64,000 nt of DNA from an uncultured cyanobacterium (GCA_963793265.1 CAWBZI010000001.1:480001-544000); one strand, 5' to 3'. Shown: positions 30,693 through 41,208, counted from the stretch's first letter. Notes: generated by a model from the sequence alone, not told the origin. A program made the numbers and translations.

Positions 30693-31475
30693 TTAGCGGT
30701 CGTTTAGCAACGGCTTCATGATTAAGAATCCTGCACCAAAGGCCGTCACGATGATCAAAATAATCGAAAGCGCCAGCCAAATGCCGCCTATTTCCTTATT
30801 CTCTGAAGACTCTAGAGACGTGCTGCGATAGCTTCCCCCTTTCTCCGTAAATAGCTTTGGCAAGGGCGCTTTGGCCATCGCGCTTTTAATCGGAGCCTCA
30901 GTTCGTTTGAGGGACTGCTGTCTAGCTGGCTGTCTTTGAGGCGCTTGCTGCCTGGCGATGTTAGCTCTCTCAGAAATCCTGGCAGCATCTCTAGCAGCTT
31001 CACGGGCGGCTTCTTTAGCCGCAGGCTTTACAGCAGGCACCTTCATTGAATGCTTAGCTGGGTTTTGAGCGATCGGACGTGGTACGCGGCTATGGGACGT
31101 TGCTGGTGCAGCGTTTGGTGACTGCGGGGCGCGAGGGGCCTCGGATTCGCTTCTGACGAGTTTGGCTAGCGTGTCAGGGGCGATCGCGTTGGGGAAGTCC
31201 TGGCGAAAATTCTGCCCAGTGCCTTCCCCTGCCGTCTGCCGAGCAACGCCTGCAAACTGTCCTAGCTGTAGCGCTGCTTGCACCACGTTATGAATCTCTT
31301 GCTTGAGCATTTGATTCTGGCTCAGCAACTGCTGATTTCGAGAATTCAGCGAATCAATAACGGCCTGGTTTGCTCTTAGCTCAGCCGCTAGCTCCCGGTA
31401 TACCGTCATCGGTACAGAGGGCGAATAGTGAGTTGGCGCTGAATGGCTAGACTCAGCAGGGTGTGAAGACTTCAT
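30693..31475 (-). CDS. Hypothetical protein: short coiled coil, disordered linker, C-terminal TM anchor
   Basis: YSPSVPMTVYRELAAEL + heptads; C-terminal IILIIVTAFGAGFLIMKPLL; start uncertain. Confidence 0.7.
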   Translation of the reverse strand: MKSSHPAESSHSAPTHYSPSVPMTVYRELAAELRANQAVIDSLNSRNQQLLSQNQMLKQEIHNVVQAALQLGQFAGVARQTAGEGTGQNFRQDFPNAIAPDTLAKLVRSESEAPRAPQSPNAAPATSHSRVPRPIAQNPAKHSMKVPAVKPAAKEAAREAARDAARISERANIARQQAPQRQPARQQSLKRTEAPIKSAMAKAPLPKLFTEKGGSYRSTSLESSENKEIGGIWLALSIILIIVTAFGAGFLIMKPLLNDR

Positions 31476-31754
31476 AGGTGGGGTGTGGAATGTAGTCCAA
31501 ATTAGAGCAACATCGGTGCCATTCGTCAAGGTAAAACCTGAATTAGCTGCAAATTAGCGCTAAATGACAGATCAAAACGACGAAATGCGGCGATCTAGCT
31601 TATCAAGATCGGTTGATTCAAAAAGGCAGTCTAGTTGTACCCTATTTCGCGTCAGTTCTATTGATTGTTTTTAGAGGCGCTTTAAAGGGCTATGTGTCGG
31701 TAGGCCAAATGAACGAAATTGCCTGCTACACGTCGAAGTCCTAGCAGGCGCGGT

Positions 31755-32015
31755 TCAGTAGTGATATCGGCAGGCAATAATCGTCAAGTAGCTGTCATCT
31801 ACAGCGTAGACCAGACGGTTAGTATCATCTATTCTGCGCGACCAAAAGCCAGACAAGTCTCTTTTTAGAGGTTCTGGCTTGCCGATGCCTTCAAAAGGGA
31901 GAATTTTGGTCGCTTTAATAAGCTTATTGATTCTCTTAAGTGTTTTTTTGTCTTGCTGTTGCCAATACAGATAGTGGCCCCATGCCTCATCAGTCCAGGC
32001 GAGCTGTCTACTCAT
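31755..32015 (-). CDS. yoeB: Txe/YoeB family toxin
   Basis: YLYWQQQDKKTLKRINKLI, PFEGIGKPEPLK, WSRRID..RLVY, C-terminal CRYHY. Confidence 0.93.
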   Translation of the reverse strand: MSRQLAWTDEAWGHYLYWQQQDKKTLKRINKLIKATKILPFEGIGKPEPLKRDLSGFWSRRIDDTNRLVYAVDDSYLTIIACRYHY

Positions 32016-32265
32016 TCAGTAGCGATCGCTCAGTCACCTGCCCTTTTCTATATTGCTCAATAGACCGCTTCAGGCTGGCCGAATTTGCTGGAGACTCTAA
32101 CAAATAAACCGTTTCCATCAAACTATTAAAATAGTCCAAAGACATCACTACCGCGTCGTCACCAGCATCTCTGCGAGTGATGATGGTGTAGTCTGCATCG
32201 TCGATAACGCGATCTAAAACGGCTTTGAGCTTATTTCTCGCTTCGCTGAAGGTAACTACTTTCAT
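32008..32265 (-). CDS. yefM: Phd/YefM family antitoxin
   Basis: FSEARNKLKAVLDRV, AVVMSLD and ETVYLLESPAN motifs; 8-nt overlap with the toxin. Confidence 0.92.
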   Translation of the reverse strand: MKVVTFSEARNKLKAVLDRVIDDADYTIITRRDAGDDAVVMSLDYFNSLMETVYLLESPANSASLKRSIEQYRKGQVTERSLLNE

Positions 32266-32276
32266 CGCCAGCACTT

Positions 32277-32297
32277 GACTTATATATTGTACAAGTC
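32277..32297. promoter_or_regulatory. Probable YefM-YoeB operator (imperfect palindrome containing TGTACA)
   Basis: GACTTATATATTGTACAAGTC immediately upstream of yefM; TGTACA is the known core of the E. coli yefM-yoeB operator. Confidence 0.55.
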
Positions 32298-32309
32298 TAT
32301 CACAGCAGA

Positions 32310-32780
32310 TTAGTTGAGGTTGGCCTGTCTTGAAAGGTCGTCAGCTTCTGTAGCAGCCTTTGCGAGCTGTTGAGCCTCTGACAGACTAGCCTCTGCAAAC
32401 TCGTCTAAGCTACCAGCCATTGTTTTCGCCACCTTTGTTAAGCGCTCAGCCTTTTTTAGCTTGTCATCAAAATCGTTTAAGGCCGAATCGGCTTCTGCAA
32501 ACAGGTCTTTCAAGTCTCCAGGTGGATTATCAAGCCAGTCTTCGAATGCTCTCTCTGGCGCTAGCTTTGAATCTTTAAGATCATTCTTTTGAGATGACTT
32601 TCCAGACGCCGCTTTCTCGGTTAAGTCTCCGGCTGATTTTAGGATAGCTAGTGCCTTCTCCCAAGACGCTGTGTACCGCATATCAAGAGGTTTGATATCT
32701 GCGAATTTAGCTTTGAGCTGCCTTGTCGTAGTGACATCAGCTCTGACATAAGTCTTTTTCTTAAGCTCGGCTAGCTTCAT
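32310..32780 (-). CDS. Hypothetical helical protein
   Basis: 156-aa ORF starting 2 nt after the upstream stop. Confidence 0.7.
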   Translation of the reverse strand: MKLAELKKKTYVRADVTTTRQLKAKFADIKPLDMRYTASWEKALAILKSAGDLTEKAASGKSSQKNDLKDSKLAPERAFEDWLDNPPGDLKDLFAEADSALNDFDDKLKKAERLTKVAKTMAGSLDEFAEASLSEAQQLAKAATEADDLSRQANLN

Positions 32781-32782
32781 AT

Positions 32783-33505
32783 TCAGCTCGCCTTCAAATC
32801 GCTGATCTGCTGAGCCATTTGCATTTTGTCTGAACGTAGCGTTTGGTTGAGCACTTTGAGCTGATCAATTTGCTCCTGCTGCTCGGCCAAAATGGCTCGG
32901 GCCTCATCTCTTTGGGCTCTAGCTTCATCGCGTTCTTTACGGAATCGCTTAGTGTGGGCCACACGTCCGCCTAAGCTCTGATTGTTTTTGGCCAGCTCTT
33001 TGCGCCTTTTAGCAACCTGATCAAACTCTTTCTGTAGCTTCTCAAATTCTTCTAGCAGCTCTGCATAGGCTTTGCTTTGTTCTGAGTCTGCTTTAAGCGC
33101 TTCATTTTCTGTTTTCAGCGCAGTCACTTGAGACTGAAGCTGCTTCACTTCCTGATCTTTGCCAAAAAGCTTTTCTTGAAACAGCCGAATGACTCTGCGC
33201 AAGCGTGATCGCTCTTCATCCAGCGCTTGATAGTTCGTCTCTGCTGCCGCTATTTGATCCCTCAGCAGCCCAGCCCGCCGCTGAAGCACTTTAGCGGTGC
33301 ACTCATACTTGATAATAGCAACGGTTCTATTTTGCTCTAGCTTGGGTAGCGCCTGCACTTCCGGGCTTTGCCACAATCTATCGTAGTTAGTACACTCGTG
33401 CCTGAGCGTTTGAGTCGGCACGTGCTGCACCTCTGCCATCAGCGCCTCATTTTTAAACCGAACCTGATCGTGCCAATAGTCAAAAAGTGCTTTGTTAGAG
33501 GTCAT
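32783..33505 (-). CDS. Hypothetical coiled-coil protein
   Basis: 240-aa ORF; N-terminal LRHECTNYD motif followed by long heptad repeats. Confidence 0.75.
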   Translation of the reverse strand: MTSNKALFDYWHDQVRFKNEALMAEVQHVPTQTLRHECTNYDRLWQSPEVQALPKLEQNRTVAIIKYECTAKVLQRRAGLLRDQIAAAETNYQALDEERSRLRRVIRLFQEKLFGKDQEVKQLQSQVTALKTENEALKADSEQSKAYAELLEEFEKLQKEFDQVAKRRKELAKNNQSLGGRVAHTKRFRKERDEARAQRDEARAILAEQQEQIDQLKVLNQTLRSDKMQMAQQISDLKAS

Positions 33506-33598
33506 TACCCAAACCGTGAAAACCTAGCAGAACCGCTGCTGTTACCTTCTAAATCTATACCAAGTTTTGTTGTACGAACCAGGAGAGTATTCACCCAC

Positions 33599-35764
33599 TT
33601 ATTCAGCAGTCACAAGCTGCTGAGCGATTAGGTCTTTCTCAATCGGCTGCGCAGCCCCTACCAGTGAAATCAGCGGCCCCATTTGCTCCTGCCCAGTCAA
33701 AGCTAGCTCACTATGACAGAGAAAAACCCGTTCTGTCGTACGGCCTAGCAAATCTCTGAGGGTACGCCCTAGCTGCGCTTCATTTTCGGCTTCGGTTTCT
33801 ACTAACGTGATCGGACGACCGGCCCAGTTTTGCCTAAAAATAGGTGCGCCAAACATTTCACCGCTGCTCATGCCCCAAAGCGGTGAGCCTGCATCTAGCC
33901 AAAACTGCCAGCGGTGATTGAGGCGTTGGGCGCGGTACTGGTAAATGGTGGAAAGCGTGACGCCCTGGCGTTCGAGGGCAAGCGGTTTGACGGGATAGGG
34001 ATTGGCTGAGACGGTGCCTTTGAGAAGTAGCTGAATAAAGCGGCCTACGTCGCCTGATGACTTATCAGGCCCCGGATCGGTGGGTTTGCCGTCTAGTAAG
34101 CGTAGTCGGTCTTCTACCTCCCAGAAGTGCTGGGCAGTTTCCATTAGCTCGCGCAGGGTAGAGAGCTGGTCGTAGGGCAAATGGTTGCCGCGCCACAAGA
34201 AGTCTTGAACGATGCGGTCTACTGAGACAACTGGGCTGGAGGTGAGGCGCTGCTGGCGGAGCTGTTTTTGAGCCTTTACCCACTGCAAGATTCGGTTGTA
34301 GGCGGTGACTGACTGATGGCCGAGTCTATCCCAGCGGGGGAAGGTGTCGGCGGGCAGCAGTCGCGGGTTTTCTACGTCTGGGATGAAGCAGTGGTCGGCA
34401 ATTAGCTCGGCGCGGACTGGATCGATAGAGACAAGATCGAACCAGGGGGCAGCGGTGGTGGCATCGGCGTAGCCGGTTTGAGTTGAGGCGGCCTGTGGAC
34501 TTATGGGCACCGCGTAGCCGGAGAGGCTTTGACTGAGGACGACGAGCATTTCAGCGATCGCATCTCGATCCACCAAACGCCCGAGCCCCGGATAAATTAG
34601 CGACAGCATGGTCAAAAGCGATCGCACCATCGGAGAACTAACCAGCGGCCTTTGATCGTTCAATGACTCAATGGCAATCCCACGGCTCGCCAAAATCTCA
34701 ATCAGGCTATAGCGCCCAATCGCATCTAATCCAGGGCCAATAACGGCGATTTCGCGAGGCGCTATCTGGTGAGTTTCAATCGCATTGGCGATCATCTCAG
34801 CCGTTGTCCGTAGCATGTGCCCGCGCGAGGTTTCTTGAATAAGGGCTACAGGCTCAGGCAAAACAGGAACGGCCAATGGATCTTCAACCCATTGAGCAAA
34901 GCGATCGCCCCACCGCCCTAAAGAATCTGTCAAAGGCGCTGAGAGATCTATCGATTGACAGCGAGCAGCCAATGAAAGCAAGGCATCTGGATCGGCCCCT
35001 AGCCCTAACCGCACTTTGCCTTGAGGGTTATAGGTAAATAAACAAGGCCGCTCAGCTTCTAGGAAAACGCTGAACAAAGCCGCTGTAATTGCCGGATACT
35101 CGTCTACGTCATCGGCTAGTACGCCGCTAAACCTGGAAAGCAACTGGGCCTGGTACCTTTCCATTGGCAGCAGATGCCGCCAGTACAGGGTGCTCATGAT
35201 GCCATAGGTCAACAGCCCTCTTTGCAGGCACCAATCTTGCCATTCAATCAGAGCTTCACCTGCCGTTTGCCACAGCGTTTTAGGCGCTAGGGCACTGGGC
35301 ATTCCGGCCTGTAAAATAGCGGGAATTTCTTCAATAGGGATACAGCCCTGAGCCGCTAACTGCAAAAAGTCGAGCGTCCGCCGAACCACGCGGGCTTCTC
35401 GCCAGCCTTCGACTTCTAGTGCTTTGCTGTCGAGCTTAGGTTGCCATAGCTGTGTGGCTAGCGCCTGTTCATTTTCGGGGCGCAGCTTTAAGGGAAACTG
35501 AGCTTTGAGGTCAAGGTGCTCAACGAGCAACGGCCAAAATAAAATGATTTCATCTTGGATGAAGCCTGCGGGGGTAGTGGTGAAGGTGGCGACGCGATCG
35601 CTCAGTTCCTCCACCAGTCGGCTCGCCAACATAATTCGATTGTCGCCATTGGCTGCAAAGGCCAAAAGGGGCTGACGCTGTTCGGCTCCTGTCTCTCGGG
35701 CAAAGTCAATGAGCGCGTTCGTTTTACCACTTCGGGTTGGGCCAGATATCCAACGTGCCGCCAT
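33599..35764 (-). CDS. Divergent UvrD/AddB-like P-loop protein
   Basis: Walker A GPTRSGKT, altered Walker B LADDVDE, PREIAVI, VTLSTI and LLGRTTERVFL resemble SF1 helicase motifs. Confidence 0.7.
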   Translation of the reverse strand: MAARWISGPTRSGKTNALIDFARETGAEQRQPLLAFAANGDNRIMLASRLVEELSDRVATFTTTPAGFIQDEIILFWPLLVEHLDLKAQFPLKLRPENEQALATQLWQPKLDSKALEVEGWREARVVRRTLDFLQLAAQGCIPIEEIPAILQAGMPSALAPKTLWQTAGEALIEWQDWCLQRGLLTYGIMSTLYWRHLLPMERYQAQLLSRFSGVLADDVDEYPAITAALFSVFLEAERPCLFTYNPQGKVRLGLGADPDALLSLAARCQSIDLSAPLTDSLGRWGDRFAQWVEDPLAVPVLPEPVALIQETSRGHMLRTTAEMIANAIETHQIAPREIAVIGPGLDAIGRYSLIEILASRGIAIESLNDQRPLVSSPMVRSLLTMLSLIYPGLGRLVDRDAIAEMLVVLSQSLSGYAVPISPQAASTQTGYADATTAAPWFDLVSIDPVRAELIADHCFIPDVENPRLLPADTFPRWDRLGHQSVTAYNRILQWVKAQKQLRQQRLTSSPVVSVDRIVQDFLWRGNHLPYDQLSTLRELMETAQHFWEVEDRLRLLDGKPTDPGPDKSSGDVGRFIQLLLKGTVSANPYPVKPLALERQGVTLSTIYQYRAQRLNHRWQFWLDAGSPLWGMSSGEMFGAPIFRQNWAGRPITLVETEAENEAQLGRTLRDLLGRTTERVFLCHSELALTGQEQMGPLISLVGAAQPIEKDLIAQQLVTAE

Positions 35765-35847
35765 CTAAAATCAGCTCCTAACCCATCGCGATTACCTCGT
35801 ACAGATATACTATACCGCTCGCTTAAGCCGGACTATATTTCCATAAG

Positions 35848-35881
35848 AAAAGGCTTGCCCTGAAGTGTGGGCAAGCCTTTT
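35848..35881. terminator. Intrinsic terminator downstream of psb34
   Basis: Perfect 13-bp inverted repeat AAAAGGCTTGCCC-N8-GGGCAAGCCTTTT. Confidence 0.8.
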
Positions 35882-35963
35882 GCGTAAAGAAGATGTTTCA
35901 AAAAATATAAGAGGAGAGTCTCTCTTTGAAAGCTTCCTTAACTCTGGAATATCAGGAAATAAC

Positions 35964-36134
35964 TTAAGAGACAGCAGCAGCTACTGCGAATAGAGCGACC
36001 ACCAGGCTAGCAGCAACGCTACCCAAGATGATGTAGTTACGCTTCTGTGTGCCAGTAGGGGGCTCAGCTTCGTACATCTTTGGCTCAACGGCAAAGTTGT
36101 TCATCAAGCCTGCTTCGTCTTCTGTGTAGCGCAT
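35964..36134 (-). CDS. psb34: Photosystem II assembly factor Psb34 (Ssl1498 family), 56 aa; not in ORF track
   Basis: Manual translation MRYTEDEAGLMNNFAVEPKMYEAEPPTGTQKRNYIILGSVAASLVVALFAVAAAVS*; NNFAxEPKMY...QKRNY signature. Confidence 0.9.
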   Translation of the reverse strand: MRYTEDEAGLMNNFAVEPKMYEAEPPTGTQKRNYIILGSVAASLVVALFAVAAAVS

Positions 36135-36282
36135 AGTGGTTATCTCTTGTTGTATTTATATTAAGTAATATAACAAACTAAGCGCCATTTTTCTACCACC
36201 AATGTCATAAATCTGTCATACGAGCGAGATTTATGAGTAAAAAGTAGTCTGCACGACGTTCTGAGGCGTGAGATTTAGAAAT

Positions 36283-38247
36283 TTAGCTGTTGATGGTGCC
36301 GGTTGTAGGGGAGCTAGCGATCGCGTAGCTTTTCACCGGAATCCGGCCTGACTGATAGGCAAGTCGCCCGGCCTGTGTTGCCATACCCATAGCTCGCCCC
36401 ATGGCAACTGGGTTTTTGGCTAGCGCGATCGCACTGTTCACCAGCAAAGCATCTGCCCCCATCTCCATTGCAAACGCAGCCTCACTCGGCGTCCCAATCC
36501 CAGCATCCACCACCACCGGAATCTTCGCGTTCTCGATAATTATTTCAATATTGGCCGCATTCCGAATGCCCTGACCCGAGCCAATGGGCGAACCCAAAGG
36601 CATCACAGTTGCACAGCCAACTTCTTCTAGCCGCTTAGCCAATAGCGGATCGGCATTGATATATGGCAGCACTGCAAACCCTTCTTTCACGAGCTGCTCA
36701 GCCGCCTTGAGCGTATCAATCGGGTCAGGCAGCAGGTACTTCGCGTCTGGAATAACTTCTAGCTTCACAAAATTGTTGTCTTCTTGCCCCAGCAGCTTAG
36801 CCATTTCGCGCCCTAGCCTGGCAACGCGAATGGCCTCTTCTGCGTCCTTACAGCCCGCCGTATTCGGCAACATCCATATCTTTGTCCAATCAATCGCCTC
36901 AGCCAAGCCTTCGTGCCCTGGCGCGTTGGTTTGCACTCGCCGCACCGCAACCGTGACAATTTCGCTGCCGCTGGCGGCAAAGCTCTGGCGCATTGTTTCT
37001 AAGCTGTTGAACTTGCCAGTGCCAGTCATTAGCCGCGACCGAAACGTTTTTCCGGCGATTGTTAGGGTGTCTTGATCGGGGATGGCCACTATTTCGGGCG
37101 CTACCTCGGGCGCAGCCGCTATCGGACGAGACGTATCAATCGTTTGCATAGAAACACCAGAAATAGGACTAGACAACTGAAATCTTTGGTAGCTGAAGGC
37201 GGGTAAGAGCGATCGCGCTTGCTCTGAAACACGACCCAAAATTTGCTCTGCGATCAGCTTTGCCGTCACGGGCGCGAGCAAAACACCGTTTCGATAGTGA
37301 CCTGTTGCCAGCGTCAGATTTTCACACGGCCCGGCCCCAAGTATTGGCATTTCATCGGGGGTCGCAGGCCGAAAGCCCCACCAGCATTCGTCAATAGGAA
37401 AGTCTTTGAGTACGGGGTATAGCGCGATCGCTTCACTCAGTAAAGCCGTCACCCCGGCTGGCGTATTGTGCGGCGCAAACCCCACGTCTTCTACAGTAGC
37501 GCCCAGTACAATTCTGCCATCGCGACGCGGCACGATATAGATACTGCGGCCATAGAGCACCCGCCGTAAGGGCTGAGTTTGACCATAGCCCAGGGGCACT
37601 CGCACCGACGCCATCTGCCCTTTACGTGGCGTAACTGGTACTGGCAAAATATCTTGCGACCAAGCGCCTGCTGCTGAGACATAATGCTCTGCCTGCATTT
37701 CGCCCGCTGACGTACGCAGGCCAACAACGCGCTGATTTTTTTGAATAAAGCCGTCTACGCTAACGCCACTTTTAATCTCTATTCCCGCATCCTGAACGGC
37801 TATCCTTAGCGCCTTCATCAGTGCGCGGTTGTCTACCTGGGCGTCTTCAGGATAAAAATTAGCGCCTGCAATATCGCTGCTCAGGCCCGTCTGGTAGCTG
37901 TGTGTGGCCTCAGCGCTAAGGCTAAGCGTATTGTGATCGGGGCGATCGCGCGTAAGCTGAGGGGCCAAAATGCCGCAGGGCCAATAGCCCGTATCCTGGC
38001 CGGTCAAATCTTCTAGCTTGCTAATCCAGTTTGGATACAGATCCAGGCTGCTGAAGCACAAATCAGCCATTGGGCCAGGTTCTATTTTTTCAGCGCTAGG
38101 TGCAAGCATCCCAGCGGCGGCGTGGCCTGCGGCTTCAGAAAAGTCTCGGGTTAGCACAGTGGCCTGAGTGCCCTGCTGGTGTAGTTCTAGGGCGATCGCT
38201 AGCCCGATAATGCCGCCACCTACAATTAATACGTCTGAGCGGCCCAT
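36283..38247 (-). CDS. thiO-thiG: Glycine oxidase ThiO - thiazole synthase ThiG fusion
   Basis: N-terminal [34 protein letters not shown]-terminal [39 protein letters not shown] in one frame. Confidence 0.95.
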   Translation of the reverse strand: MGRSDVLIVGGGIIGLAIALELHQQGTQATVLTRDFSEAAGHAAAGMLAPSAEKIEPGPMADLCFSSLDLYPNWISKLEDLTGQDTGYWPCGILAPQLTRDRPDHNTLSLSAEATHSYQTGLSSDIAGANFYPEDAQVDNRALMKALRIAVQDAGIEIKSGVSVDGFIQKNQRVVGLRTSAGEMQAEHYVSAAGAWSQDILPVPVTPRKGQMASVRVPLGYGQTQPLRRVLYGRSIYIVPRRDGRIVLGATVEDVGFAPHNTPAGVTALLSEAIALYPVLKDFPIDECWWGFRPATPDEMPILGAGPCENLTLATGHYRNGVLLAPVTAKLIAEQILGRVSEQARSLLPAFSYQRFQLSSPISGVSMQTIDTSRPIAAAPEVAPEIVAIPDQDTLTIAGKTFRSRLMTGTGKFNSLETMRQSFAASGSEIVTVAVRRVQTNAPGHEGLAEAIDWTKIWMLPNTAGCKDAEEAIRVARLGREMAKLLGQEDNNFVKLEVIPDAKYLLPDPIDTLKAAEQLVKEGFAVLPYINADPLLAKRLEEVGCATVMPLGSPIGSGQGIRNAANIEIIIENAKIPVVVDAGIGTPSEAAFAMEMGADALLVNSAIALAKNPVAMGRAMGMATQAGRLAYQSGRIPVKSYAIASSPTTGTINS

Positions 38248-38353
38248 AGTAGAAGTGTCGGTAAAGGCGTGAACACTCTTTATTGTACAGAGCGGCTTTT
38301 ACTCTGTGCTACTACTGAGCCTTCAAGCGTAATGATTTGACTATTATGACTGG

Positions 38354-38923
38354 CTACCAAAGTGCAGGTACGGCAGGTTGCGAAGAGGTAGCTGGCTCAG
38401 TGGTCGTCGTGTTAGGGGTCGTCGTATTTGTGCTAGACGAGGGTTGCTCAGGCGCACTCGGCTGATTAGGGACTCTGCTGTCTCCTGTGGATGCAACCGG
38501 TGCACCATCAGCATTTGGAATCACGTTAAAGGTTGTATCAGCAATAATGCTGTCTTCTTCTACGCGCTTTTGCCTCTGAATGTAGCTGCCTGCTTCATCT
38601 AGCGCTGGATAGGTCAGGTTTTGGCCTGCTGTGCTATCGGTGTTGCGATCGCCTGCATCATTAGCCAAGTTACGCTGATCAATTGCCCTGTCTATCTCTC
38701 TATCTGCCTGGTCTATTGTTTGGTCATCAAATACGCCATCAGACTGGCTATTGAAACGGTCGGCGTCACTTGCGGTATTGTTGCTACCTGCTGCAATTCG
38801 CTCTTCTGTGGTGTCTTGAGTCGAATTAGACAGCCAGTTATTTGCGCTACGTGCGCCAAACATAGCCAGCATACCAATGCCTAATATGATCCCGCCGAGG
38901 GCTTTTTTGCTAACGCCAAACAT
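38354..38923 (-). CDS. Hypothetical protein with a signal/TM segment and a low-complexity tail
   Basis: 189-aa ORF; GAGG RBS; hydrophobic N-terminus. Confidence 0.65.
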   Translation of the reverse strand: MFGVSKKALGGIILGIGMLAMFGARSANNWLSNSTQDTTEERIAAGSNNTASDADRFNSQSDGVFDDQTIDQADREIDRAIDQRNLANDAGDRNTDSTAGQNLTYPALDEAGSYIQRQKRVEEDSIIADTTFNVIPNADGAPVASTGDSRVPNQPSAPEQPSSSTNTTTPNTTTTEPATSSQPAVPALW

Positions 38924-39059
38924 ACTTTCGTCCTCACATCACCTTGAATTTACTCGGATCAAAAATTGCTCAAACCAGAATTACGCAGCGGTAGATGCCT
39001 TTTTTACCTAGTACGATCAATTTAGCACCGCCTAGCGATCTGGATATGTCGCTAACGAG

Positions 39060-39410
39060 TTATTGTGCTCTCAAAGGTGCCCAGGCAACCTGATCTTCGT
39101 GGCCCCAGAACCCAGTGAATTTAGTGACCTCAATGTCTCCAAGTACTTTAGTTTGGCAAGCCAGGCGACGAGCTTTGCTAGGGTCGTGAGGTGGCAAAGC
39201 GCGGCGAGCTGCATCACGCCAGTTCACATCTGAAACCTCACCCTTAATGGCTACAGCGCAGGTTCCACAAGTGCCGAGTCCCATGCAGTTAACATAAAGG
39301 GCCCGAGGACTATACAAATCGACGCCGTTAGCTATGAGCGCCTTGCGGAGGTTCGCGCCGGGTTCGCACTCAAACGTTTTACCTTGGGCCGTAATAGTTG
39401 GCATATTCAT
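39060..39410 (-). CDS. 2Fe-2S ferredoxin-like protein
   Basis: NCMGLGTCGTC...RLACQ cysteine pattern. Confidence 0.9.
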   Translation of the reverse strand: MNMPTITAQGKTFECEPGANLRKALIANGVDLYSPRALYVNCMGLGTCGTCAVAIKGEVSDVNWRDAARRALPPHDPSKARRLACQTKVLGDIEVTKFTGFWGHEDQVAWAPLRAQ

Positions 39411-39531
39411 AAAGAATCTTTGTTTAAAGACATTGTTAACGGCTCTCCTAAGCTTATTAGAATTTCATCAAGTGTCGTTACTCTAGGAAAGAAACTATCT
39501 TCTGGCTGCACCTTCTGGCTGCTGCGTCTCT

Positions 39532-40326
39532 ATGCAACTTTGGACTTGGAAAACCTGGGAAGACAAGCCTTTTTTAACCTGCGCTCTTTTGCCTCAGCCT
39601 CACGGTTTTTTTACGCGGCATTTCTATCCTTCTGAGCCCAGTCAAATCAGCCAAGCGCTCTCAGCCTCAGCTTCGGCGTACCGGTTAAAGCAAGTGCATA
39701 GTGCCGATGTGCTGACGCCAACGGAATTTGAGCGGGCGATCGCCTCAGGACTCCCTCAGCTCGAAGATGGCACGCAAGCGCTTTTTCCATTGGCCGATGG
39801 ACTGGTGAGCGATCGCGCTAATCAATCCATTTGGGCCTGCTCTGCCGACTGCACCCCCGCGCTCATTAGTGATATTGCCACCGGACAGTGCGCTGCTGTT
39901 CACGCAGGCTGGCGGGGTACGGCCCAAAAAATCTTGCCCGCAACGGTTTCCAGGTTGCAGGCGCAGGGTAGCCAGCTCAAAAATTTGCGGGTGGCGCTAG
40001 GCCCGGCTATCGACGGTAGCGTTTACCAAGTGCAGCACGACGTTGCCGCTGAAGTGGGCTTAAGTGTTGCCCCTACCTTGACGAGTGAAGATCTTATTGA
40101 GCACTTGCTAAACATAGAGAATCCGCCTCTACTTGGCGACCCTCAGCCTGAGAGAGTGCGCTTAGATGTAAGGCGGATCAATCAAATGCAGTTGGAGCAA
40201 ATGGGGTTGGATATAGAGCAGATTGCGATCGCGCCTCACTGCACCTATCAGGAGCCCGACAGCTTCTTTTCATACCGTAGGGCTAGAGAAAAGAAAGTGC
40301 AGTGGTCAGGTATCGTTAGCACCTGA
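39532..40326 (+). CDS. pgeF: Peptidoglycan editing factor PgeF / YfiH family
   Basis: HGFFTR, KQVHS, ADCTP, HAGWRG, GPAI and FFSYRR motifs. Confidence 0.92.
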   Translation: MQLWTWKTWEDKPFLTCALLPQPHGFFTRHFYPSEPSQISQALSASASAYRLKQVHSADVLTPTEFERAIASGLPQLEDGTQALFPLADGLVSDRANQSIWACSADCTPALISDIATGQCAAVHAGWRGTAQKILPATVSRLQAQGSQLKNLRVALGPAIDGSVYQVQHDVAAEVGLSVAPTLTSEDLIEHLLNIENPPLLGDPQPERVRLDVRRINQMQLEQMGLDIEQIAIAPHCTYQEPDSFFSYRRAREKKVQWSGIVST

Positions 40327-40335
40327 ATTTCAGCC

Positions 40336-41208
40336 CTACGCTTTATCATCTGCTGGCGGCGGATTGCCGAAGACAGGCGTTAGAAAGGCGACAATCGCAC
40401 CAATCAAAAAGCCCGAGACGTTACGAATTACCGGCAATAGCTCAGGCGTACGAGTCACGACTGGCCCCAGACCAAAAGCAATAAACAAAATTCCCCACAG
40501 TGGCGAAAACAGTAGCGCCCACTGCCAGGCAATCCCTTGACCCTCTTTACGCGGTTGCGCAGCAAAGCCACAGATAACGCCGCCCAAGATAGAGGTAATC
40601 AGCGTTAAAATCCACTGCTCGCGAGGCAGGCCAGGAACCACCGCACAGCCGCCCCGATTTAGACAAACTTCCAGGGCGTCAATCGCTCCAAGCACCGCAC
40701 CATCTTCACCGTTATCACGCACATAGAACTGGTTACCAAAGCGCGTTTGTAGCTCAATCCAAAACGTTCTAGGCAGCAGTGGATACAGCTCATCACCCAC
40801 GCTGAAGTTAAGCAAATTACCGCCCCGAGGGTCGGCCACAAGCATAATGCTTTTTTTGTTAAGACCCCAGAAGTCTTTTACAGCACGGCCCGGCGTCTGG
40901 TCAAACTGCGTGAGGACTCTCAGCTTCCAGCCTGTATTTTCTTCAAATGTAGACAGGCTTTCGTTGAGATATTCTTCTTGAGCATCGTTTAAAATGCGAG
41001 CCAAATCGATCACGACAGTAGGCTCATCGGGCAATAGTTCAGGATTGTTAAAAGCCTGAGCCGGTAGCGCTGGCGACCATGCTAGCAGCATGGCGCAGCA
41101 GGCAATCACACACTTGATTGCGCACTTACTGACCCATGCTGACAGCAGCCTTTTTGATAGTTGATGTTGAGCAGCGTGCTCAAGCACGGTTTTGAAGCGC
41201 ATTTTCAT
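40336..41208 (-). CDS. psb32: TPM-domain PSII repair protein Psb32 (TLP18.3-like)
   Basis: Signal peptide, NPELLP..VIDLA, TGWKLRVLTQ, FWIELQTRFGNQFYVRDNGE, VPGLPREQW. This is a cyanobacterial TPM-domain protein; the specific psb32 orthology is less certain. Confidence 0.6.
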   Translation of the reverse strand: MKMRFKTVLEHAAQHQLSKRLLSAWVSKCAIKCVIACCAMLLAWSPALPAQAFNNPELLPDEPTVVIDLARILNDAQEEYLNESLSTFEENTGWKLRVLTQFDQTPGRAVKDFWGLNKKSIMLVADPRGGNLLNFSVGDELYPLLPRTFWIELQTRFGNQFYVRDNGEDGAVLGAIDALEVCLNRGGCAVVPGLPREQWILTLITSILGGVICGFAAQPRKEGQGIAWQWALLFSPLWGILFIAFGLGPVVTRTPELLPVIRNVSGFLIGAIVAFLTPVFGNPPPADDKA

